DNA of 64,000 nt from a bacterium. GTDB taxonomy: Bacteria; UBA8248. The DNA lies in the NCBI GenBank assembly GCA_963692865.2, contig OY843592.1:160001-224000 (forward strand), in the 5' to 3' direction. The position numbers and the translations under genes were made by a program. The notes under the pieces were generated by a model. That model made no database searches, was not told the DNA's origin, and worked only from the letters and a program-made list of their open reading frames with translations. Positions 45,966 through 55,855 of the stretch are shown in pieces; the first letter of the stretch is position 1; each line of letters begins with the position of its first letter.

Positions 45966-47135
45966 ATGGCGAAACCTGAACACGGGACACTGTCGAACCG
46001 AGCGGTCGGGAAGCTCGCGGTGGAGAAAGACACGGTGTACTGGGACCGGGAACTCACGGGCTTCGGCGTGAGGGTGTATCCCACCGGCTCGAAAGTCTAC
46101 GTCGCCCAGGCCCGGGGTCCCGAGGGTCCCAGGAGGGTGGCGGTGGGCCGCCACGGGGTGATCAACGCGGATGAGGCGAGGAAGCGCGCCGCCCACATCA
46201 TCGCGAGGATCAAGGCGGGCGAGGAGGCTATCCCCAAGCCGATGAAGCCAGTGGGAGGCCCCACGGTGACCGAACTCTGCGCGCGCTATCTTGCCGAATA
46301 CGTCTCGGTGCGGTGCAAGCCGGGCACAGCCACGCTCTACCGCTCGGTGATCGACCGCCACCTCCTGCCCGCCCTGGGCAGGACGCCGCTGGCCGCGCTT
46401 TCCCGCGCGCGGGTGGCGGAATTCCATGAAAGCCTGTACGAGACGCCCGCGGTGGCAAACACGGCGCTCCGCGTCCTGTCCGCGATGTACGAGCAGGCCC
46501 GGGGCTGGGGACTGCTGCCCGAAGGAACATCAAATCCCTGCCGAGCCCAGGTGAAATACCCCGAGCGCAGGCGCGAGCGGTTCCTGACGGATTCGGAGTT
46601 CATCCGCCTGGGAGAGGTCCTCGACGAGGCTGAGGCCCGGGGCGGCGCCTCCGCATCCGCGGTGGCGGCTATCCGGCTGCTCGCGCTGACGGGGTGCCGC
46701 AGGAGCGAGATACTCAAACTGCGCCGGGAAGACGTGGCGCTCGAAGCGGGCGAGCTGAGACTCCCCGATTCCAAGACGGGCGCGCGGGCCGTCGCGCTGC
46801 CGCCGCAGGCGGTCGAGCTCCTCGGAAGCCTCCTTGACGCCCACGACGGCCCCTGGGTCATCCCGGGCAGGAAGCCGGGGACGCGCCTTGCGAACGTCGA
46901 CGAGGCCTGGCGGGCGATCAGGAAGCGCGCGGGCCTCGAAGGCGTGAGGTTGCACGACCTGCGCCATTCCTACGCCTCGCGCGCCCTGGCGCTCGGTGAG
47001 CCGCTGCCCGTCATCGGGAAACTCCTGGGCCACAGCCGGCTGGAAACGACGGCGCGTTACGCGCACCTCGCGCGCGATACGGCGCAGGAGGCGGCCGAGC
47101 GGGTCGCGGAGAGCATCGCTGCGGATATACTTTAA
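45966..47135 (+). CDS. Second, paralogous tyrosine integrase with arm-binding domain
   Basis: YWDRELTGFGVRV, TGCRRSE, SKTG, HDLRHSYAS, LLGH, RYAHL. Confidence 0.93.
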   Translation: MAKPEHGTLSNRAVGKLAVEKDTVYWDRELTGFGVRVYPTGSKVYVAQARGPEGPRRVAVGRHGVINADEARKRAAHIIARIKAGEEAIPKPMKPVGGPTVTELCARYLAEYVSVRCKPGTATLYRSVIDRHLLPALGRTPLAALSRARVAEFHESLYETPAVANTALRVLSAMYEQARGWGLLPEGTSNPCRAQVKYPERRRERFLTDSEFIRLGEVLDEAEARGGASASAVAAIRLLALTGCRRSEILKLRREDVALEAGELRLPDSKTGARAVALPPQAVELLGSLLDAHDGPWVIPGRKPGTRLANVDEAWRAIRKRAGLEGVRLHDLRHSYASRALALGEPLPVIGKLLGHSRLETTARYAHLARDTAQEAAERVAESIAADIL

Positions 47136-47560
47136 AGCTATCGGGAAGTGTCCCTGCAAGCTCGTGTCAAACGGCGAACGGGGCCGGGGGCGCACACCGA
47201 CCCCCGGGGACTCTTGATGAACATTTTCAAACTGCTGACTCCTTGTGAAAATCCAAACCTGAAAACGATTGATTTGGACCGAGAACGGGCGGCCCGCCGC
47301 CACTGATGAGAGCGGCTTGGCACGGAGGAAAACAGCACCACTGCGCGGGTTGTGCCAATGGGGCGTATGGAAGGCCTTGTAGAATTCTGAGTAACTGGCA
47401 ACTCGTCTTGTTAGCTTCTAATCCAGGTTTGTGTTAGAGGGTGTATGCTTTATAGTCATCTAGGCACGACTGCTGATATCTTTCGGGCAGCTATCCATCA
47501 AAAGAAAATGGTCACCGCCTGCATATCATTGAGGTTTTTCGGTACAGCACTATTCTCAAG

Positions 47561-48760
47561 GTGAGGAAATACATGCATTTCACCGTTAGTCCCGCAGAGT
47601 TGGAATGCATCGTAAATAGCCTGAAATCTCAAACCAGACAAAGCGAACCCCAGATTGTGGAGTCATGCTTCACGAAGGCAGTTGAAAATGGATTCGCCGA
47701 TTATCCAGACATTCAAGACATTTTATGTTACTCGGATGCCCGGATAGAATCAATTTATCATGGGATATCTGTAGAGCGATGGTGCGAAATATTTTCAGTT
47801 CACAGGCGATATTTCTACCCAACACCACGCCGCAAACAATCGTCTGTTGATGGAGATTGCGGTGTCTCTGCAGAAGACTTGGCTGATTTATTGATATATT
47901 TAGAACGTACCGGTTACTCGATCGAGCCGCTTTCGCTTGTGACCAAGCTGTCATCCGAGCTGGCTGATCATGCGTTCGTTTCCCATGCAGGGCTTCATGT
48001 TCTCTGGTACGAGAAAACGAGACACAAAACCCCTCCTATTTTCTTCATGGTTGAATCAGACGAGGTGGGTCAGGGACGACGCGAAGAGAAATTCAAGACT
48101 GCAACAGGATACAAAGTCGAAGTTACCTGGAACAATGATTCCAGACCAATTGAACTTGTTGTCAAGGCTCCGAAATTTCGTTCGAGACCTGCTCAAGACC
48201 TCCTCAAAATTGGCTAAGTGCGAGGTCTGCGGCCTAGAGTGGTATCGTGGAGCCCCAGATTCCAGCGCCGAACACCGCAAAGAACACAAAAAACGTCTGA
48301 AGTACTTAGATCCAAAACCGAATCCTCGCTTCGGCAAGAAATACCAAGCTGAAGATGGTCTTTTACATATCATAGCCAATTCCCCGAAGTGGATGCATCG
48401 CGAGATTTATTTGCGCGCCTTGGCCTTCAAAGAGAACTTGGATACGACCTCGTCCAGTGGGGTGTTCCGAATAGTGATACAGATCCCAATGCCCGCGGAT
48501 ACCTGTTCATAAATCCCGAAAATATCGCCGCTGGCACCTGCGCGTTTAGATGGCGTGAATACGAAGACAAATCCTTCTGGTGCTTGCAATGGATATGGAC
48601 TACCTCCAAATATCGCCGAACAGGCGTGTTGAGTAAACACTGGAAAGCCCTTCGGCAACTTCATGGTGATTTTCTTGTTGAAGGTCCCGTTTCAGACGCA
48701 ATGCTTGCATTTATTGACAAGAAAGGTGACCAAGACCTCTTGAAAATCCCAAAGATATGA
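47561..48760 (+). pseudogene. Frameshifted gene: unknown N-terminal domain, Eco1/ESCO-like C2H2 finger and GNAT-like domain
   Basis: Three overlapping ORFs join via shifts near 48210 and 48430; CEVC-x14-HRKEH; LQWIW...YRRTGVL, VEGPVSDAM. Confidence 0.65.
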
Positions 48761-48950
48761 AAAAAGGAACAACTCCTTTCCAATTAGTATTGGAATATCC
48801 AAGGGGTAGCGTTATTCCGATCACAGGGCAAGAAGACGACAACACCCATCACTCCCGAAACATGCGCGCCCTGACACTGGGCAGCATCTCTGAAGGAGAG
48901 CGGCGCGGCCCCGCCCGGGGAATCGGAGAGGAAAGAACCACCGTCCAAGA

Positions 48951-49061
48951 GCCGTGAAGCTCATCGCCCGGGCGCTCGAGGACGCGGACGGCTGGATGAA
49001 CCTGGGCAGCGTCGATAGCCGCATTCTCGGGGCGCCGCCGTCTTCTCGATTCGGCCCGTAG
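48951..49061 (+). pseudogene. OST-HTH/LOTUS domain remnant
   Basis: AVKLIARALEDADGWMNLGSV.SRI resembles the LOTUS tail of NYN proteins; no start and early stop. Confidence 0.5.
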
Positions 49062-49094
49062 GGCGGTTCCAGGCGCAACTCCCCTGCGGTTTTC

Positions 49095-51932
49095 CTACAG
49101 TTCCATGCCCCGATCCGATCGGGTCTTCTCAATCACCGGCGTCCGCCTCTCCATTGCCTGCGTCGCCTCGTTCGGCTTCTCCGCCCCGATGCTCTCCGCC
49201 TTGCCCGCTCCTATCGCCTCGAGCGCCGCGACCCGCTCGCCCGTCGCGGCCTCCAATCGCTCACGCAGCGCCTTCGCGTCGTCGGTCACGAGTTCCGCCT
49301 TATCCCGGGCGCGGCTGATCTCGACGTAGAGCGTCTTCTGGTTGGTGAGGTCGGGGTGGTTGGCCTCCATGGCGGCGATGACGGTATCGACCGTCCGGCC
49401 CTGGAAGGCGTGGACGGTCGAGGCCCATGCGCGGTCGATATGGCGAAGCTGCGGAACGCCGGCGGCCATGACGATCGTGCGCCCGTCCTCGATGCGGAAG
49501 GTGACGCGGCCTTTCCTGATGCCCGTCACCTCGGCGGCCTGGCTGTTGACCAGGCCGAGTTCCCTGTCGTTCCGGGTCCAGCGGACTCTGTCGCCTGCGC
49601 GCAGCTCTATCCGCTCGACCTTGTAGACCTCGACACCTCCGGTACGCGCCGCGAGGCGGCCCGGCTCCCAGCGAACCTCCCCTCCATGCATGCCCTGCAG
49701 GATGACCGCGCCCTTCGCGTGATCCACGCCCTTCACGCGCAGCTCGTCTCCCTTCTCGACGCCCAGGCGCTTGTAGCGGCGTTCGAAGGCGACGACGTCG
49801 CCGGGCGAATAGTTCGCGGCGAGCGATTTCTCGGGGTTCGTGTAGCCGCGCGAGACGAGGCGATTCGTGCGGAAGGCCGGGCCGCAGACGGCGCCCTCCC
49901 GGACCAGGCGCTCGCGGACGATGGCGTTGATCTTCTCGCGGATCGCGTGGCTCGGCGCCATGAGCCCCGCCCGTTCGCGCGCCTCGGGCGGGAGCGCGAG
50001 CCAGCGCGCGGCGGCGGCGCCCGCGAGGTTGTCGGCCTTCACTTCGGCCACGTTGGAACCGAGCTTCTCGAAGGCGCGCCTTACGTCGCCCGCGAGGGTG
50101 GCCTCGACGGCGGCTTTCAGGTCCGGTTCGCGCTGGCGCATGATCTCGCTCATGGTGACCGTCTTCATGCCCGCGGCCTGCAGCTGCGCGAAGGGTTTCC
50201 CGGCGTCGACGGCGTCGAGCTGTTTCTCATCGCCCACCAGAACGACCCGCGGCATGCGCAGTACCTCCGAGATGCGGAGCAGTTCGCGCATCTCGCGCGT
50301 GGAAGCCAGGGATCCCTCGTCCACGACGAGAGCGGTCCTGCGCCAGGCGGAGCGCATCTTCTTCTCGCCCCCTCTCGTGAGGCGGCCTTGGGCTACCCCT
50401 GCGTTTCGCGCGAGGAAGCGCTGGAGCGTCTCGCTCTCGATCCCCGCTTCCGCTTCGAGCGTCCTTGCGGCGGAGGCCGAAGGCGCCAGGCCCCGGACCT
50501 CGTAGCCGCGTTTCTCGAACAGGGCGCGGGCGCGCTTGAGCATCTTCGTCTTGCCGGTGCCCGCATAGCCCTGCACGCCCACCACGCGATCAGGGTCCGC
50601 GAGGATCAGCTTGACCGCCTCTCTTTGGCCCTGCGTCAGCGGTCCCCTGTGCAGATGCCGATCCACCATCCAGCCCCGCATGGCGGGCGCGCCCCGTCCG
50701 CGGCCGGCCTCCACGAGGGCGATGGTCTCTCGCTCCGCCGCCGCGGCCTTCTCCGTCGTGAGCATGTCCTTCATTCCCGGCAGGTCCGCCGCGTGCAGGA
50801 CGCCCGATTTTTCGAGTCTCGCCACTTCTCGTTCGGCGCCCGCCATCGACACCGCGCCGGGCCGCCAGGCGAGCGCGCCCGCGAGCAGGGCCGCGCGGTC
50901 GAAGACCGCCTCTCGTTCCGCGAGGTGCGCCACGGCCCAGTCCACGGCCTCCCGGGCGGGTTCGACTTCCGCCGCGCTCAGACCTGCGTCGCGGGACATG
51001 GCGCGCCTCTCCATCGCCTGCGCCTTGAGGGCGGCGGCGTCGAAGCCCAGCTCCTTCGCCTGCTTCTCCCATACGGCCATGAGCGCCGACTTGTCGGCTT
51101 CCCGCTTGGGGTCCCTCGTCATGAGCGTCACCCGCTGGGCCGCGCGCTGGTTCCCGGCCGTCTTGCCGAGTCCGCGTTCTTCCATCGCCTTCTCGATCTC
51201 CGCCCGCCTGCTCGAGAACGCCTCGATCACCTCGCGCGATACGCCCTCGATCTCGAAGCGCCCGTCCGCGTGGGTCTTCTCGACCCGGTAGCCGAACCCC
51301 TCGAGGCCGCGGGCGAGTTCGGTCCGGTATATCGCGCCGATCAGCATCTTCTGGGCGTAGAGCTTCTCGTTGGACATCGTGCGCCACTTGCCATCGGCGC
51401 CACGCACCATGTTGGCGATGACCGCGTGCGTGTGGAGCAGGGGGTCCATGTTGCGCGAGGTGTTGTGCCTGAAAGTCGCGACGACGCTCTTCTGGTCGCC
51501 GACACGGATCATGCGCCCGGTCCCGGGCTCGCTCATCCTGGTCTCTGCGGCGTTGCGCTCCACCCAGTCCAGGGTGCCCGACACGGCCACCTCGTGGGCC
51601 CACATCGCGCGCCCGTCGCCCCCGAGGTAGGTCAGCAGCGAGACGGACTTGGGCGCCGAGAGGGTGAGGTCGCGGCCGGGACGGTGGTGGATGACGCCGT
51701 CCTTGCCCCTCTTCCCGAGCCTTTGTCCCGAGCCGTCCGGCACCACGCCCTCGAGCACGGAGCGCAAGACTTCCGGATCCACCGGACCCGACAGCCCCAG
51801 GTCCTCGGCGCCCCTGCCGCGCCAGGTGCTCGACTCCCGGTGGTGCGGGGAGTCCTTCGCGTAGTAGTCGTCGCGCTCGAAGTAGGCGACGCACTGCGCC
51901 GGCGCGGCGACGGCGCCGATCGATGCGACCAT
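49095..51932 (-). CDS. trwC: MOBF conjugative relaxase-helicase (TrwC/TraI family)
   Basis: YF..DDYY, DLTLSAPKSVS, HNTSRNMDPLLHTH (HUH); helicase QGYAGTGKT, VVDEGS, QGRT, YVEISR. Confidence 0.93.
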   Translation of the reverse strand: MVASIGAVAAPAQCVAYFERDDYYAKDSPHHRESSTWRGRGAEDLGLSGPVDPEVLRSVLEGVVPDGSGQRLGKRGKDGVIHHRPGRDLTLSAPKSVSLLTYLGGDGRAMWAHEVAVSGTLDWVERNAAETRMSEPGTGRMIRVGDQKSVVATFRHNTSRNMDPLLHTHAVIANMVRGADGKWRTMSNEKLYAQKMLIGAIYRTELARGLEGFGYRVEKTHADGRFEIEGVSREVIEAFSSRRAEIEKAMEERGLGKTAGNQRAAQRVTLMTRDPKREADKSALMAVWEKQAKELGFDAAALKAQAMERRAMSRDAGLSAAEVEPAREAVDWAVAHLAEREAVFDRAALLAGALAWRPGAVSMAGAEREVARLEKSGVLHAADLPGMKDMLTTEKAAAAERETIALVEAGRGRGAPAMRGWMVDRHLHRGPLTQGQREAVKLILADPDRVVGVQGYAGTGKTKMLKRARALFEKRGYEVRGLAPSASAARTLEAEAGIESETLQRFLARNAGVAQGRLTRGGEKKMRSAWRRTALVVDEGSLASTREMRELLRISEVLRMPRVVLVGDEKQLDAVDAGKPFAQLQAAGMKTVTMSEIMRQREPDLKAAVEATLAGDVRRAFEKLGSNVAEVKADNLAGAAAARWLALPPEARERAGLMAPSHAIREKINAIVRERLVREGAVCGPAFRTNRLVSRGYTNPEKSLAANYSPGDVVAFERRYKRLGVEKGDELRVKGVDHAKGAVILQGMHGGEVRWEPGRLAARTGGVEVYKVERIELRAGDRVRWTRNDRELGLVNSQAAEVTGIRKGRVTFRIEDGRTIVMAAGVPQLRHIDRAWASTVHAFQGRTVDTVIAAMEANHPDLTNQKTLYVEISRARDKAELVTDDAKALRERLEAATGERVAALEAIGAGKAESIGAEKPNEATQAMERRTPVIEKTRSDRGMEL

Positions 51933-52181
51933 ATCAGTGATTCCCCAGGTAATTACAGCCGTTCCCGTTCATATGCCCCTCTCCTTCGCGTTCGAACCCC
52001 TCGCCCCGAGCCTCCGGCGTCATGCGGACGGGGGCCCGCATCGCCCGCAGGCAGGACAAAATAAGGCAAAAAAAACCGTTGGCAAGGGTTTTTTCTAGCT
52101 GGTTGCCTGCGCTTTTTCCGCATACGCGCCCTCAAGTACCACCGGCTGCGCGGGGGCATGATCTTTTTTTTTCGCAGCGCC

Positions 52182-52697
52182 CCGCCCCGCGCCGGCGAGA
52201 GGCCGAGGCGGGCCGTGAGGGGGTGCGGGTCCGGGCCGGAGAGGCCGGGCGGCGCCCGCGATCCCCTCACCCGCTAACCCGGAGGCGCGACCCATGAGCG
52301 ACAAGAATCCATCCCCGTACGCCCGGGCCCTCGTCCTGGCGGGACCTGGCCTCGCACTCCTCGCCACAATTCTCTCCCTCGCGTCCGGGAGCGGTCTCCG
52401 CCTCCTGTGGGCCGTCTGGTTCTGTGCGGCTCTCTGGTGCCTTCTCACGGCCCTTCCATGCGTCCTGTGGCGGGGGTTCCGGGGCGGGGACTGGACCGCC
52501 TTCACCCGCTACCGGCTCCCCGGCGGGCGCGGCGAGCGTTTCGACTGGTCGACACGGACAGGCCGCTACGCCTGGCGCCGGGAGATCGAAGACCAGGAGC
52601 TTCACGCCCACGATCCGGACGCACCCTTCCCGCCGTAAAAGGCCTCCGGCCCGCTCCGCGCCGGCGAGAGGCGGAGCCTGGCCGGGAGGAGGCGCGG
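52182..52697 (+). repeat. 47-bp imperfect direct repeats (52182-52228 and 52651-52697) bracketing one ORF
   Basis: CCGCYCCGCGCCGGCGAGAGGCSGAGSCKGGCCGKGAGGRGGYGCGG with 7 mismatches. Confidence 0.7.
52294..52638 (+). CDS. Hypothetical two-TM membrane protein
   Basis: GGAGG RBS; two hydrophobic segments. Confidence 0.6.
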   Translation: MSDKNPSPYARALVLAGPGLALLATILSLASGSGLRLLWAVWFCAALWCLLTALPCVLWRGFRGGDWTAFTRYRLPGGRGERFDWSTRTGRYAWRREIEDQELHAHDPDAPFPP

Positions 52698-52758
52698 CCG
52701 GGCGTCCGGGAGAGGGCGTTCTTCGCCGCCATCATCCACCCACCCAAGGAGGCGCGCG

Positions 52759-53055
52759 ATGCGGAAACCAAAACCACAGGCGAACACTTTCCTCACCCAT
52801 CTCCTCAGCCAGGGCCTGGCGGACGAGCGATACGAGGTACGGCGCTACAAATCGACCGGGGGTGAAGTCCGTCCCGTGCCCGCAGGCGAGAAGGGCGGGC
52901 GCAGGAGGAAGCGCGTGACGGCATCGCGCCGTGCGGTCCGCGAGATGCGGCCTGCGCGGGACGAGCTCATCGTCTGCACGGGGCTCAAGGTCCCCGGCAG
53001 CGGGCTGCAACTCTGGGGCGAGCATCTCGTGTGGGGCAAGATGCTGTGCCGGTGA
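52759..53055 (+). CDS. Hypothetical basic protein
   Basis: AAGGAGG RBS; co-oriented with neighbours. Confidence 0.45.
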   Translation: MRKPKPQANTFLTHLLSQGLADERYEVRRYKSTGGEVRPVPAGEKGGRRRKRVTASRRAVREMRPARDELIVCTGLKVPGSGLQLWGEHLVWGKMLCR

Positions 53056-53142
53056 GGAAGTCCCCCTGGGGAGGGCTTCCACCCGCAAGACGTCTTGCCG
53101 GCCCGGCGCCGGCCGCCGGACTTCCAACACACGGAGGAAACC

Positions 53143-53955
53143 ATGCCCCACAAGAACCTGGATAGAAGACGCGCTTTCGAGCGCGAACGCCACAGGCGGC
53201 GGACGGCCGAACGCAAGGAGATGGGCCTTTGTCCAAAATGCGGCAGGAGAAACCCTGCGCCCGGGCGAAGTCTCTGCGAGGTCTGCCTCGAAAAAGGACG
53301 CAAGTCCGAGCAAGCCCGTTACGTCAGAGCCAGGGCAGAGGGCGCTCGATACGGCGGGCGCGATCCAGAGAGCCGCCGCCGCATGGCGCGGGAGCGGAAC
53401 AAAAGACGCAGGAGCGAACGCAGGGAGGCGGGACTCTGCACCGGTTGCGGAAAAGTTCCTCCCGTCGATGGAGGCGCCGTCTGCGAGACCTGCCGCGAAG
53501 AACGCCGGGCGGCCGAGAGAAAGCTCTACGCCGAAAGGCGCGCGCGGGGGCGCTGCGGCCGGTGCGGGGCGGAAGTCATCGGCAACGCCTCGACGTGCGC
53601 CTCGTGCGCCGCAAGGGACATGAAACGCCGTCCGCGCAAGAACGCCGCGAGCCGGGCGCGATATCATGCAAGGCGCGCCCTCGGGGCGTGTGTTGACTGC
53701 GGCGCCGATGCGGACGCAGGGGTGAGATGCGCGAGCTGCGCTCGCCGCTCGTATCTCTCCTCGGGCGAGCACAAGGGACTTCCCCTCTACCCGCCGCGCT
53801 ACACCGTCGTCGAGCTCGCCACGGGCGTCGAGCACGGCCCCCTCGACTCCTGGGAGGAGGTAGCGATGTGCCTCGCCTTCGCGAAGCTCTCGCGGGAGGA
53901 AGTCGAGATCGTTTCCGACGTGCCCCTCATGCCCACCATCGCTGCCTGGGAGTGA
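53143..53955 (+). CDS. Arg-rich protein with four repeated CxxC...CxxC zinc-ribbon units
   Basis: CPKC/CEVC, CTGC/CETC, CGRC/CASC, CVDC/CASC; GGAGGA RBS. Confidence 0.75.
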   Translation: MPHKNLDRRRAFERERHRRRTAERKEMGLCPKCGRRNPAPGRSLCEVCLEKGRKSEQARYVRARAEGARYGGRDPESRRRMARERNKRRRSERREAGLCTGCGKVPPVDGGAVCETCREERRAAERKLYAERRARGRCGRCGAEVIGNASTCASCAARDMKRRPRKNAASRARYHARRALGACVDCGADADAGVRCASCARRSYLSSGEHKGLPLYPPRYTVVELATGVEHGPLDSWEEVAMCLAFAKLSREEVEIVSDVPLMPTIAAWE

Positions 53956-54608
53956 GCGCGGGCGGCCGCGCCTGCACGTGCCGCCGTCCGCCCGCCGGCG
54001 GGGGGCAGGCCCGACCAGGAAGGAAGGGTTCGGCGCCGTCCTGCTGCGCTGCCGGCCCGCCGTCGAGGGTACGTATCGCCGACTTGTCGGCCGCGGGGGG
54101 TGCCAGCCGGACTCGGGGCTGCCGCGCGAGCCGTCGCCGTCGCTCCGGACCGGGGGGCCGCGCCCGCCCGTACGGTCGGCCAGTCGAACTCGCCACCGGC
54201 GACGAAGGCGCCGGGCGCAATCCCGGCCCGCCAGGCGGCACGGAGCCAACCCGGTTTCCATCGTCTCCGGCATCCCGTCGCCGGCAGCGCCGACGACCAA
54301 CCCCACCGGCGGTGACAAGAACACCGCTGCCCGAATCCCGCGCCTCCCGATGCGTCTCCCTATTCCCACACCTCGTCCAACCAAAACCCGGACCGGGGGC
54401 GCGCCCGCCTGGCGCCCGGTCCCATCCATTTCCGGTTCGACCCGGCGGGAGACGGAGGCCGTTCACGCTCCGTGGGCAGTCCCTCACCGGATGAGTACCT
54501 CCCCGGGAGAGTGAGAGCGAAGCGGGGAGCCGGGCAAAGGCCCGGCAGGGGAGAGGGAGACGGTCTCCCGGTCCCGCCGCCGGCGACAACCCCGAGAGGA
54601 GGCTGGCC

Positions 54609-54743
54609 ATGTACGAGAACGACTACGACGTCGACGTTCCCACCCCGGACGAACTGCTCGCGGAACTAGGGCTCGACGCGTACACGATCAGGAAGATCCG
54701 CGACGAGGCGCAAGGCGAGGCGGAGGAGTTCTGCAGCGTCTAG
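54609..54743 (+). CDS. 44-aa acidic microprotein (not in the ORF track)
   Basis: GAGGAGG RBS; MYENDYDVDVPTPDELLAELGLDAYTIRKIRDEAQGEAEEFCSV*. Confidence 0.6.
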   Translation: MYENDYDVDVPTPDELLAELGLDAYTIRKIRDEAQGEAEEFCSV

Positions 54744-54819
54744 GGCGAACCGGGGGGGTGGAGAAAGGCTCTCTCCCTCCCTTCAGTTTTTCACACTCAC
54801 ACCACGAAGGAGAATTAAA

Positions 54820-55266
54820 ATGGCATTCGGACTCAACAGGGCGGAACTGATCGGGCGTCTCGGCGCCGACGTCACCATCAACCACCTCGCGAGCGGGGGA
54901 CGCGTCGCCAACCTCTCGATCGCCACGGACGAGGGCTACGTCGACAAGCAGAGCGGCGACCGGGTGGAGAAGACCGAGTGGCACCGGATCGTGACCTTCC
55001 AGCCGGGCCTGGTGGATATGTTCGAAAAGCACGCGAAGAAGGGCCGCCTGGTCTACGTCGCGGGCAAGCTCCAGACCCGCCGCTGGAAGAAGGACGAGGA
55101 GGACTCCGATCGGTTCTCGACCGAGATCCTCATCGCGCCGGGCGGACGAGTCCAGTTCCTGGACAAGGTGAACGGGAACGGCAATGGCAACGGTAACGGC
55201 GCGCACGCCGAGACGGCTGACGTGGTGGCCACCGCGGAGGTAGCCGGGCAAGACATTCCATTCTGA
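54820..55266 (+). CDS. ssb: Single-stranded DNA-binding protein
   Basis: NRAELIGRLG.D, TEWHRIV, KGRLVYV.GKLQTR.W, C-terminal DIPF. Confidence 0.95.
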   Translation: MAFGLNRAELIGRLGADVTINHLASGGRVANLSIATDEGYVDKQSGDRVEKTEWHRIVTFQPGLVDMFEKHAKKGRLVYVAGKLQTRRWKKDEEDSDRFSTEILIAPGGRVQFLDKVNGNGNGNGNGAHAETADVVATAEVAGQDIPF

Positions 55267-55632
55267 TCACTCGGGGGGTCGGCGCCATGCGCTGGCCCCC
55301 TTTCATTATGCTCCGGATCCCGAGGAAGTCCGCCACGCCCCGAACACCCTCTCCCGCCTTGTCGACCCCCCTTATCTACAGGGAACTCCCGGTAAATCTC
55401 CGGTTCCGCGAACGATGAACCGTGTTCCCGGAAAATCGGCAGGCGCCTGCGATCATCCCATATTCAGGAGAGTGGCTCGATCTACCCCCCGCTGCGGGAA
55501 TTCCGGGCCGGAAAAGACGGCCCGAAATGACCCTCTCCGCAGCATGAGAGACTGTTTCCCGATGAGCTTCGCCTTCATCGTGAAACCCAAAGGCTCCTGT
55601 GTCCCGGTGGCGACACTACCCTCTCTCTCTTA

Positions 55633-55815
55633 GCGTCCCCATTTTAGCACGCACAGCGCGGGGTCAAGGGTGCTTTTGCAAAAGACGCAAAAGCATCTTT
55701 TTTTCAGAAAAAATCGGTGAAGCGTGGATTTTTTCCGCTGCGCGCCCTCCGGGTGAAAAAAAGACTGAAAACCGCCCCGGACGCCCGCGCCTAACACGTG
55801 CTGAAAATGGGGCGC
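55633..55815. promoter_or_regulatory. Frpo-like single-stranded-DNA promoter hairpin
   Basis: CCCCATTTTAGCACG pairs with CGTGCTGAAAATGGGG; two internal hairpins; the minus strand of the left arm reads TTGACC-15 nt-TAAAAT. Confidence 0.6.
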
Positions 55816-55855
55816 CAAGAAGCGCATCCGTTAACTCTCTGGAAAGGAGAAAGGC

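Noticed and set aside
27867-47135. RiPP cluster as cargo of the adjacent integrase element
   Set aside because: No att-like direct repeat seen around the cluster, and it carries the same host repeats as the core region; adjacency alone is insufficient
49356-52064. 902-aa plus-strand ORF and other long overlapping ORFs (7420-9324, 30188-31792, 32735-34417, 52732-54429)
   Set aside because: Antisense or off-frame shadows of well-supported genes in high-GC DNA, with no recognisable motifs
52058-52096. AAAAAACC...GGTTTTTT hairpin beside trwC as oriT
   Set aside because: It overlaps a plausible minus-strand promoter for trwC (TTGCCA-16-TATTTT) and would put the small genes in the wrong orientation for a leading region; not fully excluded
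55171-55200. NGNGNGNG repeat in SSB
   Set aside because: Ordinary low-complexity linker before the acidic tip, with varied codons
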